The notes under the pieces were generated by a model. The model worked only from the letters and a program-made list of their open reading frames with translations. It was not told the DNA's origin and made no database searches. From Dehalococcoidia bacterium (GTDB lineage Bacteria > Chloroflexota > Dehalococcoidia > GIF9 > AB-539-J10), in contig JAUWGZ010000002.1 of NCBI GenBank assembly GCA_030606165.1, forward strand, positions 1 to 39,231: DNA of 39,231 nt, written 5' to 3'. This document shows, piece after piece, positions 16,531 to 25,675 of the stretch (positions are counted from its first letter, which is position 1; each line of letters opens with the position of its first letter). Made by a program: the position numbers and the translations under genes.

Positions 16531-17121
16531 ATGATATCAGCAATACTCCTAGCTGCCGGTGAATCAAATCGCATGGGTCAGCCAAAGCAACTGATGCCTT
16601 TTGGCCAGAGTACCATTTTGGAAACAACCATTGACAATCTTTTGAATTCAGCAGTAAGCGAGACTATCGTGGTGCTGGGATACAGAGATGAGGGGATACG
16701 AAAAACTATAGCCGGCAAACCGGTTAAGGTAGCAATAAATCCAGATTACCAGCAAGGGATGAGCGCCTCCATAATTGCTGGATTAAAATAAATTGATAAA
16801 AGAGCCAGGGCAGTGCTTATCGCCCTGGGTGACCAGCCTTTTGTTGACAGTCAGACCATCAATAGCTTAGTAGAAGCATTCATAGCTAATAAGAGAGGAA
16901 TTATTATCCCGGTCTATCAGGGCAGAAGGGGGAATCCCGTTATCTTCGCTATCGGATATAAGGGCGAACTCTTGAATCTAAAGGGAGACGTTGGTGGCAG
17001 GGAAATAGTCAAACGTCACCCTGATGACGTGCTTGAAGTGGCGGTCAACTGTGAAGGCGTCTTGCTTGACATTGATACCGCGGAAAATTATACTTCGATT
17101 ATATTTAATCCTGATAAATAA
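16531..17121 (+). pseudogene. MocA/MobA-like molybdenum cofactor nucleotidyltransferase interrupted by an in-frame TAA (16789-16791)
   Basis: ORFs 16531-16791 and 16813-17121 are in the same frame. Read through, the sequence is ...SIIAGLK*IDKRARAVLIALGDQPFV... The N-terminal motif is LLAAGESNRMGQPK and the motif after the stop is ALGDQP. The stop falls in a poorly conserved loop. Confidence 0.7.
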
Positions 17122-17141
17122 AAGGATAAGAAAGGATAGAT

Positions 17142-17846
17142 ATGGAGAAAGATAACAAAAACAGCTATGGTGAGTGGCAGAGTTGGACTCGAGTCATCAT
17201 TGGGATTCTGGTCTTTGGCTCTATCTGGGGATTGCTTGAGGCTACGCTGGGTGGCTTTCTCAATATGATTATATTCCCCAACAAGGGCGCTATAATGGGC
17301 GGCATCGGCATGGCTATTATGGGTACAGCTCTGGCTCTCTATCGGAAGCCAGCTATGCTGCCGGGCATAGGTATTGTTGCTGCCTCGTTTAAGTGGCTCA
17401 ATTCCTGGCTCCTGTTCGTACCAGCCAGTGCTGTATTTATTATCAATCCGGCTATGGCCATCTTTCTGGAATCTCTGGCATTTAGCTTGGTGGTAACTTT
17501 TTTGATGTATCGGATAGATAAAAGTGTCTATGTTGGCGCTTGGGCTGCGTTTCTGGCTGGCCTTATAAGCGTCACTGCCTATGGCTATTTCAGTGTATAT
17601 ATAATGCATGCCCCCCTCTTTGAACGTATGGGGGTCAGCAGTGTTCCCGCATTTATCGCCAGCCATGGCGTGATACAGGCGGTTTTCTTTGGTATGCTGG
17701 CGCCTCTGGGTTATCTGGTAGGTAGGAAGCTGGCGGCTACTGCTCCAGTGTTTTTACGCAGACCTCTTTATTACTACGCTACATCAGCGGCCATCATCTG
17801 TTTTTGCCTGGTAATCAGTGCGGTAGCCGTACTGGCTGGGCTTTAA
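17142..17846 (+). CDS. Polytopic membrane protein of unknown function (about 6-7 TM segments)
   Basis: 234 aa and strongly hydrophobic. AAAGGA RBS. It is tightly packed between the MocA-like gene and the NTPase. Preferred over the overlapping antisense ORF 17088-17666. Confidence 0.6.
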   Translation: MEKDNKNSYGEWQSWTRVIIGILVFGSIWGLLEATLGGFLNMIIFPNKGAIMGGIGMAIMGTALALYRKPAMLPGIGIVAASFKWLNSWLLFVPASAVFIINPAMAIFLESLAFSLVVTFLMYRIDKSVYVGAWAAFLAGLISVTAYGYFSVYIMHAPLFERMGVSSVPAFIASHGVIQAVFFGMLAPLGYLVGRKLAATAPVFLRRPLYYYATSAAIICFCLVISAVAVLAGL

Positions 17847-17853
17847 CCAGAAT

Positions 17854-18381
17854 ATGGTCATTATTATCACTGGCGCCATAGGGATTGGCAAGACTACGGT
17901 CTGCGAAAAGGTGGTAAAGATAGTCCGCAGTTCAGGCTATTCGTGTGGTGGCATTCTAATACATAAAGCAGCGCATGAAAGCCTTATCGCTTTAGATATT
18001 CAAACTGGAGAAAGGGCGGTTCTGGCCAGTGCTGGTAATACATTTGACGGCCCGCGAACTCCCAGATATTCATTCAATTCTGAGGCTATCAAATTCGGCA
18101 TCAGGGCAATAAACAAAGCTATTGATTCGGACGTTCTTATTATAGATGAACTCGGGCATCTGGAACTGGATGGTGAGGGGTTTGCCAAGAGCCTAGAGTT
18201 CGTCAAGACAGGAAGGGTCAAAAACTCTATTCTGGTTATCCGAAAAGAGCTTCTTCCCGCCTTTTTAGCTCAGTTAGGCGATAGCCCTTCAATCTTTGAA
18301 ACGACTATTAGCACTCGCGACCGGTTACCACGTAAGATATGCTCATCCCTGATTGGCAATCTACCTGATTTTTCATCCTAG
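17854..18381 (+). CDS. P-loop NTPase (THEP1/DUF2478-like)
   Basis: 175 aa. Walker A is ITGAIGIGKTT and Walker B is LIIDELGHLE. The size and pattern fit small THEP1-like NTPases. Confidence 0.72.
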   Translation: MVIIITGAIGIGKTTVCEKVVKIVRSSGYSCGGILIHKAAHESLIALDIQTGERAVLASAGNTFDGPRTPRYSFNSEAIKFGIRAINKAIDSDVLIIDELGHLELDGEGFAKSLEFVKTGRVKNSILVIRKELLPAFLAQLGDSPSIFETTISTRDRLPRKICSSLIGNLPDFSS

Positions 18382-18891
18382 GTGCGCATCGACTAGAATT
18401 TAAGGATACCATCAAGAGCAAACATTCCAGCAAGTTTACGGCCCACTGCCCTGGCACCCCGCTTCAGCCTTTCTCATCCTTCAAATTCATTCTCCTGGTT
18501 TCGCCAGAATGAAGCACTACACATGTTTTGCTTCCCAACCTTGGTTATGTTAAGATGCGCGTTTGTAGCTTTCTTGGGTTGCTGAGGGGAGTAACCGATT
18601 ACTCAGGCAATGCTTTAAATCTTAAGTTGGGAGATAGCAATGCAAAAGATAAATAGAGTTGAAGGGCGGAAAAGGAAGGGAATCAGCCAAAGTGCAGCAA
18701 CCAAGAGCAGAAGCGCAGTTCAAGTGTTGGCGGAATAAGAGGGCTAAGATGAACGAGAAAAAGTCATAACCACCCCTAACCAAGAAAAGGTCTATGCGAC
18801 TTTTAAATTATTTATTTTGAATATTATATGTGCTATTATAGTAAACCTGTTATTGGTGTTATCTAAATATTATTAATTATCGGAGGGTGTG

Positions 18892-19731
18892 ATGCGGAAA
18901 GTAATCATTACATGTGCTCTTACGGGAGGCGTACAGAATAAGTCAGCAAACCCAAATTTACCTGAGCAGCCGGAAGAAATTGCGCAACAAGCTTACGAAT
19001 GTTTTAACGAAGGTTGTGCCATTGCCCATATTCATGCCCGTGACAAAGAAGGTAAACCTACCGGTGACTCGGAGGTGTTCAAGGAAATTCATAATGCCAT
19101 CCGTAGCAAATGCAACATGATATTGCAGGATAGTACTGGAGGCGGTCCAGGACTGACTTTTGAGCAGAGGTTAAGCTGCCTTGATGCGGCTCCCGAAATG
19201 GCATCGCTCAATTTAGGCTCAATGTTGCGGACTATTGGGAGCAGCGCAGGAACTGTCTGGACCAATCCTCGTTCCGAACTAGAGCGGTTTGCTCAGGAGA
19301 TGCTGAATCGGAATATTAAAGCAGAAATGGAGATTTACCATCATGGTATGCTCCGGGAAATGAATAATTTCATTTCCAAAGAGTTGGTTAAGAAGCCCTA
19401 TTACGTAAACTTTGTTATGGGTATGGCATACCAAGGAGCTGTGGATGCTACACCGGCTAACCTGATAAGCTTAATACAACTTCTACCACCGGATACGATA
19501 TTCAACTGTTGTGCTGTGGGTGCTCCACAGTTGCAGATAACGACGCTCTCGGTCCTTATGGGTGGCCAAGCTCGTATTGGTATGGAAGATAGCATCTACT
19601 TATCAAAAGGGGTATTAGCACAAAGTAATGCTCAACTGGTGAGCCGGAGTGTTCGTATTATCAGAGAATTGGGTTACGAAATTGCTTCGCCCGAAGAAGC
19701 TAGGAAGACGTTAGGTTTACCGAAAAGGTAA
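18892..19731 (+). CDS. BKACE family (beta-keto acid cleavage enzyme, DUF849); candidate triacetate acetoacetate-lyase
   Basis: MRKVIITCALTGG and IAHIHARD are hallmarks of the 3-keto-5-aminohexanoate cleavage enzyme family. GGAGGG RBS; ATG 18892 is preferred to GTG 18889. Confidence 0.85.
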   Translation: MRKVIITCALTGGVQNKSANPNLPEQPEEIAQQAYECFNEGCAIAHIHARDKEGKPTGDSEVFKEIHNAIRSKCNMILQDSTGGGPGLTFEQRLSCLDAAPEMASLNLGSMLRTIGSSAGTVWTNPRSELERFAQEMLNRNIKAEMEIYHHGMLREMNNFISKELVKKPYYVNFVMGMAYQGAVDATPANLISLIQLLPPDTIFNCCAVGAPQLQITTLSVLMGGQARIGMEDSIYLSKGVLAQSNAQLVSRSVRIIRELGYEIASPEEARKTLGLPKR

Positions 19732-19757
19732 CCAATAAATTGTTTTGGAGCGAGAAA

Positions 19758-20519
19758 ATGAAAAAAACGAAAATTTACGATCTATCTTTGCCGTGGGGTG
19801 TCGATACGCCACTATGGCCTTTCCCCGGGCCAAGACAGGACCTTGTTTTTTCCCGCGGTGAGTACCTGGGACGGTTCCATAAGCGGAGTGTAATTTATAC
19901 TGGTACGCTACACGCCGGGACACATATGGACGCTCCAATGCACGTATTGCATCCCAGCGAGGGCGGTATTATGTTGGATAAGATTCCCCTGGAGAACTGT
20001 TATGGCACTGGAATTATCGTTGATTTCCGTTATATGAAAAAATGGCACATTGTAACGGAAAAGGATTTAGAAGATGCTGAGCCGAAGATTCAGCGCGGTG
20101 ACTTCGTAGTATTCAATACGGGATGGCATAAATACTGGCGATGGGACAACTACGCTTACTATAACTATTTTCCGGGCCTCGGGCCGAAGGCAGCGGAGTG
20201 GCTGATAAAGAAAAAAATCAAAGGCGTAGCGGGTACCTGGGGTGCCACCGACAGTCCTCTATGGCATTATAGGCTTGCCGAGACTATGCCATGGCTGGAT
20301 AAAGAGTACCGCAGAGAGACAGGGAAAGACCCGGATAAGTTATTCCCGGAATACGAACCTTGTCACAGGCTGCTTATGCGTAACGGTATAGTTACTGTAG
20401 AAAACGCTGGCGGCGATATTGATCAGATTACTGGCAAGCGCTGTACTATCGCGGCTTTTCCCTTCCGCTGCGAAATGGCCGACGGCGGCATGGTGCGGCT
20501 AGTTGCTATTGTAGAGTAA
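19758..20519 (+). CDS. Cyclase-family metal-dependent hydrolase (kynurenine formamidase fold); candidate dihydrophloroglucinol cyclohydrolase
   Basis: LHAGTHMDAPMH matches the HxGTHxDxPxH motif of the putative-cyclase family. ATG 19758 (MKKTKIYDLSLPW) is preferred to TTG 19740. Confidence 0.82.
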   Translation: MKKTKIYDLSLPWGVDTPLWPFPGPRQDLVFSRGEYLGRFHKRSVIYTGTLHAGTHMDAPMHVLHPSEGGIMLDKIPLENCYGTGIIVDFRYMKKWHIVTEKDLEDAEPKIQRGDFVVFNTGWHKYWRWDNYAYYNYFPGLGPKAAEWLIKKKIKGVAGTWGATDSPLWHYRLAETMPWLDKEYRRETGKDPDKLFPEYEPCHRLLMRNGIVTVENAGGDIDQITGKRCTIAAFPFRCEMADGGMVRLVAIVE

Positions 20520-20564
20520 GATCCGGTCTCAATCGCCTTGTGGTAAATAAAGGAGGAGGTTCCG

Positions 20565-21323
20565 ATGTTTAGATTGGATGACAAAGTAGCTGTCGTTATT
20601 GGTGGGGCAGGGGGGCTTGGTGAAGCCTGTGCACTCGCTCTAGCACAGCAAGGAGCCAAGGTCGTAATAGCAAGCCGTACTTTGGAGAAATTGCAAGATA
20701 CAGCTAGAAAAATTCAATCCGTGGCCAACGCCGAAATTACGGCAATACAGGTAGATGTAATTAGTGAAAGTAGCACTGCTCATTTGGTAGAACAGATACT
20801 CCAGAAATTTCAAACTGTTGACATACTCGTAAATGCTCACGGCTTAAATGCCAAAATGCCCGCCATTGATATTGATTTCAACAAATGGGATGTATTATTT
20901 GCAACAAATGTAAAAGGTGTCATGGTTGCCTGCAAAAGTTTCGGCAAGGTAATGATTGAGAAAAAGAAAGGTAAGATTATTAATCTTTCTTCGGTGCGCG
21001 GTATTCGTGGTACTGACGGTGGTAACACCACCTATGGAGCTACGAAAGGTGCGGTGGATATGGTCACTCGTATGCTAGCGGCTGAATGGGCACCCTATAA
21101 TATTAATGTCAATGCTATCGGCGCCTCTGTAGTAATGACAGAAGCTTTAAAAAAAGCGTTAACACCAGAGCGCCTACAACTATTGCTTTCTAAAACGCTA
21201 TTTAAGAAATTTGCCACACCTCAGGATATTGCTGCAGCTTGTGTTTATCTTGCCTCCACTGAGGCTGATTATGTTACCGGACAAATCATGTACGTTGATG
21301 GCGGCCTTACCGCAATCGGTTAA
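20565..21323 (+). CDS. Short-chain dehydrogenase/reductase; candidate phloroglucinol reductase
   Basis: 252 aa. Cofactor motif VIGGAGGLGEA, catalytic S...YGATK and a strong AAAGGAGGAGG RBS. Confidence 0.88.
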   Translation: MFRLDDKVAVVIGGAGGLGEACALALAQQGAKVVIASRTLEKLQDTARKIQSVANAEITAIQVDVISESSTAHLVEQILQKFQTVDILVNAHGLNAKMPAIDIDFNKWDVLFATNVKGVMVACKSFGKVMIEKKKGKIINLSSVRGIRGTDGGNTTYGATKGAVDMVTRMLAAEWAPYNINVNAIGASVVMTEALKKALTPERLQLLLSKTLFKKFATPQDIAAACVYLASTEADYVTGQIMYVDGGLTAIG

Positions 21324-21367
21324 ATCGCCTGCAATAATTAGCAACAGTAAAAGATGGGGAGGTAAAA

Positions 21368-21700
21368 ATGAAAGTCGTTAGAAAAAACGAAGGTGTCGTA
21401 TACGAAGCCCCTCTACATTTCAATGTATGGAGTATCCGAAAGTTATCGGACAAGGATACTCAGAGACTCTCGGTTAGCTTATCTCACTTCCTACCTAACG
21501 GGCATGTTGATATGTCAGGCTCACCAAGTGAAAAGATGTATTATATTTTGGGTGGCAGTATGGTAGTGAAGAATAAGGCGGGAGAAGAGGCTACTCTTCA
21601 GGCTGGTGATATTGTATATTTCGCCAGTGGTGAAGAACGAGAGGGTCATATCGTTGGTAATGAAGTTTGTACTATCTTAGTGTGCATAGTAAAAAGTTAA
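21368..21700 (+). CDS. Cupin-domain protein
   Basis: 110 aa of single-barrel size, with a pattern ending ...GDIVYFASGEEREGHIVGNE. GGGGAGG RBS. Confidence 0.65.
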   Translation: MKVVRKNEGVVYEAPLHFNVWSIRKLSDKDTQRLSVSLSHFLPNGHVDMSGSPSEKMYYILGGSMVVKNKAGEEATLQAGDIVYFASGEEREGHIVGNEVCTILVCIVKS

Positions 21701-21704
21701 GGAT

Positions 21705-22664
21705 ATGATCGTGATTGAAGATATTCGTAAGATACTTGTAGTCGGTGCAGGCACGATGGGGCATGGGATTGCCCAATCATTCGCTCAAGAAGGCTATGAT
21801 GTCTCACTGTTTTCCCGTTCTGAGCAAACTCTTGACCGGGCTAAAGCATTGATCAAGTCAAGCCTGGATACTCTCGCTCAAGAAGGTATGATAGACCGTA
21901 AACAGATTCCAGCTATAACCGGATGCATCAAAATGACCCGGTCTCTAGAGGAAGGTGCCCGAGATGCTGACATAGCCTTCGAAACTGTCGTGGAAAATCG
22001 AGAATCGAAGATAGAAGTATTTAATCAATTGGACAAACTGTGTCCGTCTAAAACATTGCTAGCCAGTAATACAACCTCTTTAAATGTATTTGATTTTATC
22101 AAGACATCTCGTCCTGGTAATGTTCTTATTGCCCACTGGTATACGCCACCGCAAATTATACCGCTTGTTGATGTAGTTAAAGGTCCGGAAACCAGTGAAG
22201 ACAGTGTACAGGTAATGTTGGCTTTGCTTAAAAAGATAGGTAAAACTCCTCTCTACCTACGGAAATTCATCTCCGGCTATCTGATATCACGCTGGCAGAT
22301 TGCCAATTTACGTGATATTCTCTATTTGATTGATAATGACATTGTTACGCCAGAAGAATTAGATATGGCCGCTAAGGCGGGGTGGGCAATACGGATGATG
22401 GTTCTTGGACTAATACAGAGAATGGATTTTGGCGGCCTTGATTTATCTGTTAAAAGTCTGGATAATCCATACGTCCGCAGTCAGATGACACCGCTGGACT
22501 ACAAACCAGTAAAGGTATATGAGTTAGTTAAACAGGGACACCTAGGAATAAAGACAGGAAAAGGCTTCTATGACTACAAAGGTAAAAGTGAAGCAGAACT
22601 CTGTCAAGAACGGGACGTAAAACTTATTAAAATATTAAAAGCTTACAAAGAAATTGAGGGGTAA
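21705..22664 (+). CDS. 3-hydroxyacyl-CoA dehydrogenase family oxidoreductase; candidate 3-hydroxy-5-oxohexanoate dehydrogenase
   Basis: The Rossmann motif is ILVVGAGTMGHGIAQSFAQEG. N- and C-terminal HCDH domains are present (319 aa). Confidence 0.82.
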   Translation: MIVIEDIRKILVVGAGTMGHGIAQSFAQEGYDVSLFSRSEQTLDRAKALIKSSLDTLAQEGMIDRKQIPAITGCIKMTRSLEEGARDADIAFETVVENRESKIEVFNQLDKLCPSKTLLASNTTSLNVFDFIKTSRPGNVLIAHWYTPPQIIPLVDVVKGPETSEDSVQVMLALLKKIGKTPLYLRKFISGYLISRWQIANLRDILYLIDNDIVTPEELDMAAKAGWAIRMMVLGLIQRMDFGGLDLSVKSLDNPYVRSQMTPLDYKPVKVYELVKQGHLGIKTGKGFYDYKGKSEAELCQERDVKLIKILKAYKEIEG

Positions 22665-22752
22665 CCCGAGAAACTGGGATTGAATCTGGCGATATAGTAA
22701 GTTATAATCTGGAAACGTCAGGGAGAAGAAGGCGGTTGGATCAGTACAATCA

Positions 22753-24957
22753 ATGACCAAAGACAATAATGAACTTGATTTATTCTTTTACCCATCATCG
22801 GTGGCAATCGTAGGTGCTTCGGAAAAACTGAGTTCCTACGGTGCTAGGTATATTCAAGCCCTTCTCGACTTCGGATATAAAGGAAAAATTTACGCTGTTA
22901 ATCATACCGGCAATGAAGTCTTGGGATATAAAATATACCATAGTGTGCTAGATATCCCGGACAATGTTGATCTGGCAGCTATTTGTGTGGCAAATCATTT
23001 TGTCCCCCGAATTATACAGGATTGTGTGAACAAGAAAATTAAAGCAGCGATTGTATTAAGCGCTGGCTTTAGTGAGTCCGGTGGTGAAGGGCGTTTATTC
23101 GAAGAGGAGCTGGCAAAGATAGCCGAACAGGGTATTCGTATTATGGGGCCGAATTGCTTTGGTACATATTGCCCTAATGGCGGTATTACGATACTTCCCG
23201 GTGCTGGTCTTCCCAAACAGGGAGGGTGTACTGCTCTAATTGCACAAAGCGGTCAGCTTTCAGAGATGATAACAGCACGTTCTTTTGGTGAAGGTATCAG
23301 ATATTCAAAGGTCGCCAGTTACGGAAACGCCTGTAATATTAATGAAGCACATTTACTGGATTATCTGATTCAAGATGATGAAACAAAAATTATAATGTCT
23401 TACCTCGAGGGGGTAAGGGATGGACGCCGGTTTTTTGAAATAGCCCGTCGGAATGTCGACAAGAAACCCTTGTTGTTGTGGAAGGCAGGATTTACTAATG
23501 TTGGAGCTGCGGCAGCAAAATCCCACACTAATTCGCTGGCAGGATCCAGCATGGTCTGGGATGCTTTCTACCGCCAGACTCATGCTATTAAGATAAACAG
23601 TCTGGAAGAATTAGTAGATACTAATATTGGTTTCTCGTGTTTGCCGGCTGGTTGTGGAAGGCGGATTGCCCTTATAAGCGGAGGCGGTGCTGGTACGGTA
23701 ATTGGTGCCGATGCTGCTGAAAACGCCGGTTTAATCATGCCTCCTTTGACTCCCGACGTCGATAAGCAGTTACGTGCCATACTGCCACCAGTCGGCACTT
23801 CAATCAAAAATCCCCTCGATATCGGCTTTCCGCATCCATCATCAACAGTATTACAGTCAGTTTTGGAAACTCTAGCAGCCAGTGACCAGATTGATGTTGT
23901 GGTAATTCGCCGTATCTTCTTCTCTATCGCGGTAAGCAAAATATTTGCAGGGACAGCGGCACAGTCCGATGAAGAACAACAGGCACTTCTCGAAATACCG
24001 ATCAATATTAAGAAAAAGTACGGCAAACCGGTAATTATTATTTTGCCCGAAGAGCTGACTGGAGCCGATGCTATCAAACTGGAAGAGGAGCGGCGTACAA
24101 TTCGTGACTACTTCTTTAAGAATGGCATACCTGTTTATCCGACCGAAAACAGGGCTTTCACAGCTATAGCACATCTGGCAGATTTTAAAGATAACATGGA
24201 TAAACATTACACGGCTGAAGAAAGTATTGTTGAGAGTAAAACAACTACTTATGATACTTTCTCCAGGATAAGCAAAGCATCGGTTTCTCCCATATTAAAC
24301 GAAATTGAGTGCAAGGAAATTCTGAAAGAAGCTGGCGTTAATGTTGTAGAGACAAAACTGGCCAAAACGAGAGAGGAAGCTCTGGCTATCAGCAAGCAAC
24401 TTGGCTACCCGGTAGTGATGAAGATAATATCACCACAAATTACCCATAAATCAGATATCGGAGGCGTCAAACTGGGATTGAAAACCTCTCTACAAGTAGG
24501 CAAAGCTTATGACAGCATAATGAATGCAGTCCGGAATAAAGCTTCTGGAGCGACGATTGAAGGCGTTTCGATCCAGAAAATGGCTCCTTCAGGTGTCGAA
24601 CTGGTCATTGGCATGACTAAGGATTCCCAATTCGGTTCCATGTTGATGTTCGGTCTCGGTGGCATTTTCATTGAGGTATTAAAAGATGTTTCTTTCCGGA
24701 TCATACCATTGTCCAGAGAAGATGCCAGAGAGATGATTCGCGAGATAAAAGGTTTCCGTTTGCTGGAAGGATATAGAGGTCAGCCTCCAGTTAATATAAC
24801 CTATTTGGAAGAGCTATTACTCAAAGTATCACGATTTGTAACGGATTGCCCCCAAATTAAAGAGATAGATATTAATCCAATTATTGCTTATGCCGATGGT
24901 GCTGTGGCAGTTGATGCTCGAATTATTCTCGAACCGAATAACGTGATTTCCGGTTAG
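22753..24957 (+). CDS. ADP-forming acetyl/acyl-CoA synthetase, fused alpha-beta (CoA-binding, ligase-CoA and ATP-grasp domains)
   Basis: 734 aa. The N-terminus reads LFFYPSSVAIVGASEK and is followed by GPNCFG. The C-terminal ATP-grasp domain has GYPVVMKIISPQITHKSDIGGV. Confidence 0.85.
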   Translation: MTKDNNELDLFFYPSSVAIVGASEKLSSYGARYIQALLDFGYKGKIYAVNHTGNEVLGYKIYHSVLDIPDNVDLAAICVANHFVPRIIQDCVNKKIKAAIVLSAGFSESGGEGRLFEEELAKIAEQGIRIMGPNCFGTYCPNGGITILPGAGLPKQGGCTALIAQSGQLSEMITARSFGEGIRYSKVASYGNACNINEAHLLDYLIQDDETKIIMSYLEGVRDGRRFFEIARRNVDKKPLLLWKAGFTNVGAAAAKSHTNSLAGSSMVWDAFYRQTHAIKINSLEELVDTNIGFSCLPAGCGRRIALISGGGAGTVIGADAAENAGLIMPPLTPDVDKQLRAILPPVGTSIKNPLDIGFPHPSSTVLQSVLETLAASDQIDVVVIRRIFFSIAVSKIFAGTAAQSDEEQQALLEIPINIKKKYGKPVIIILPEELTGADAIKLEEERRTIRDYFFKNGIPVYPTENRAFTAIAHLADFKDNMDKHYTAEESIVESKTTTYDTFSRISKASVSPILNEIECKEILKEAGVNVVETKLAKTREEALAISKQLGYPVVMKIISPQITHKSDIGGVKLGLKTSLQVGKAYDSIMNAVRNKASGATIEGVSIQKMAPSGVELVIGMTKDSQFGSMLMFGLGGIFIEVLKDVSFRIIPLSREDAREMIREIKGFRLLEGYRGQPPVNITYLEELLLKVSRFVTDCPQIKEIDINPIIAYADGAVAVDARIILEPNNVISG

Positions 24958-25053
24958 TTTTGCTCTATAATATTATTTTAAAGTTTTACAAATAACTAGA
25001 AGGCTGATGATTTTAAGCAAATTGCCTTTTAAGAACGGTTTTAAACAAAGAGG

Positions 25054-25635
25054 ATGCCAAAACAAAATACTATCTGTTCTAATCCTGTCAAAAAGTATAT
25101 CGAGCAGGCCAAGTCCTTTCACGGTTATGCTGCACCAGGGATAATTATCGGGGGGTTTATGGTTGACCTTGCCTACCAGCATCTACCTGAAGGAGTCCTG
25201 CTCGATGCCATCAGTGAGACACAAGTCTGTCTACCGGATGCCTTGCAATTGCTGACTCACTGTACTGTAGGCAACGGCTGGCTTAAAGTTATCGATTTAG
25301 GCCGTTTTGCGTTGACTCTTTACGACCCGAATAACGGTAACGGTATCAGGGTCTATGTAAATCCGGCCAAACTTGAAAAATGGCCGGAAATAAAGAACTG
25401 GTTCTTTAAACTGGTACCCAAAAAAGAGCAGGATACACAACGATTAATGAAACAGATACAGGAAGCCGGGTCTGATATTTGTGATTATGAAAAGGTAAAA
25501 GTTAAACTCAATAAGGTGACTAAGAAGCACCACTCCAATCTTGGTATCTGCTCGCGCTGTAAAGAGTCATACCCGGTAGCGGACGGGGATGTATGCCTCG
25601 GCTGTCAAGGTAAAGCCCCTTATCTAAACAAATGA
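25054..25635 (+). CDS. FmdE-family protein with C-terminal 4-Cys zinc ribbon
   Basis: An FmdE-like N-domain (FHGYAAPGIIIGGFMVD...GNGW) plus CSRC...CLGC at the C-terminus. Confidence 0.7.
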   Translation: MPKQNTICSNPVKKYIEQAKSFHGYAAPGIIIGGFMVDLAYQHLPEGVLLDAISETQVCLPDALQLLTHCTVGNGWLKVIDLGRFALTLYDPNNGNGIRVYVNPAKLEKWPEIKNWFFKLVPKKEQDTQRLMKQIQEAGSDICDYEKVKVKLNKVTKKHHSNLGICSRCKESYPVADGDVCLGCQGKAPYLNK

Positions 25636-25675
25636 TTAAGAATAAGCCCGGATCTCATCACAAAAGGAGTGAACA

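Noticed and set aside
17088-17666. A 192-aa minus-strand ORF competing with the 234-aa plus-strand membrane protein.
   Set aside because: The plus-strand ORF has an RBS, coherent TM-helix periodicity and operonic spacing with the flanking plus-strand genes. The minus ORF has odd composition and would overlap the end of the MocA-like gene.
18640-18738. A 32-aa basic ORF in the spacer upstream of the operon.
   Set aside because: It has a plausible RBS, but I recognise no family and cannot assess conservation. It is not called as a feature and is mentioned under the spacer finding only.
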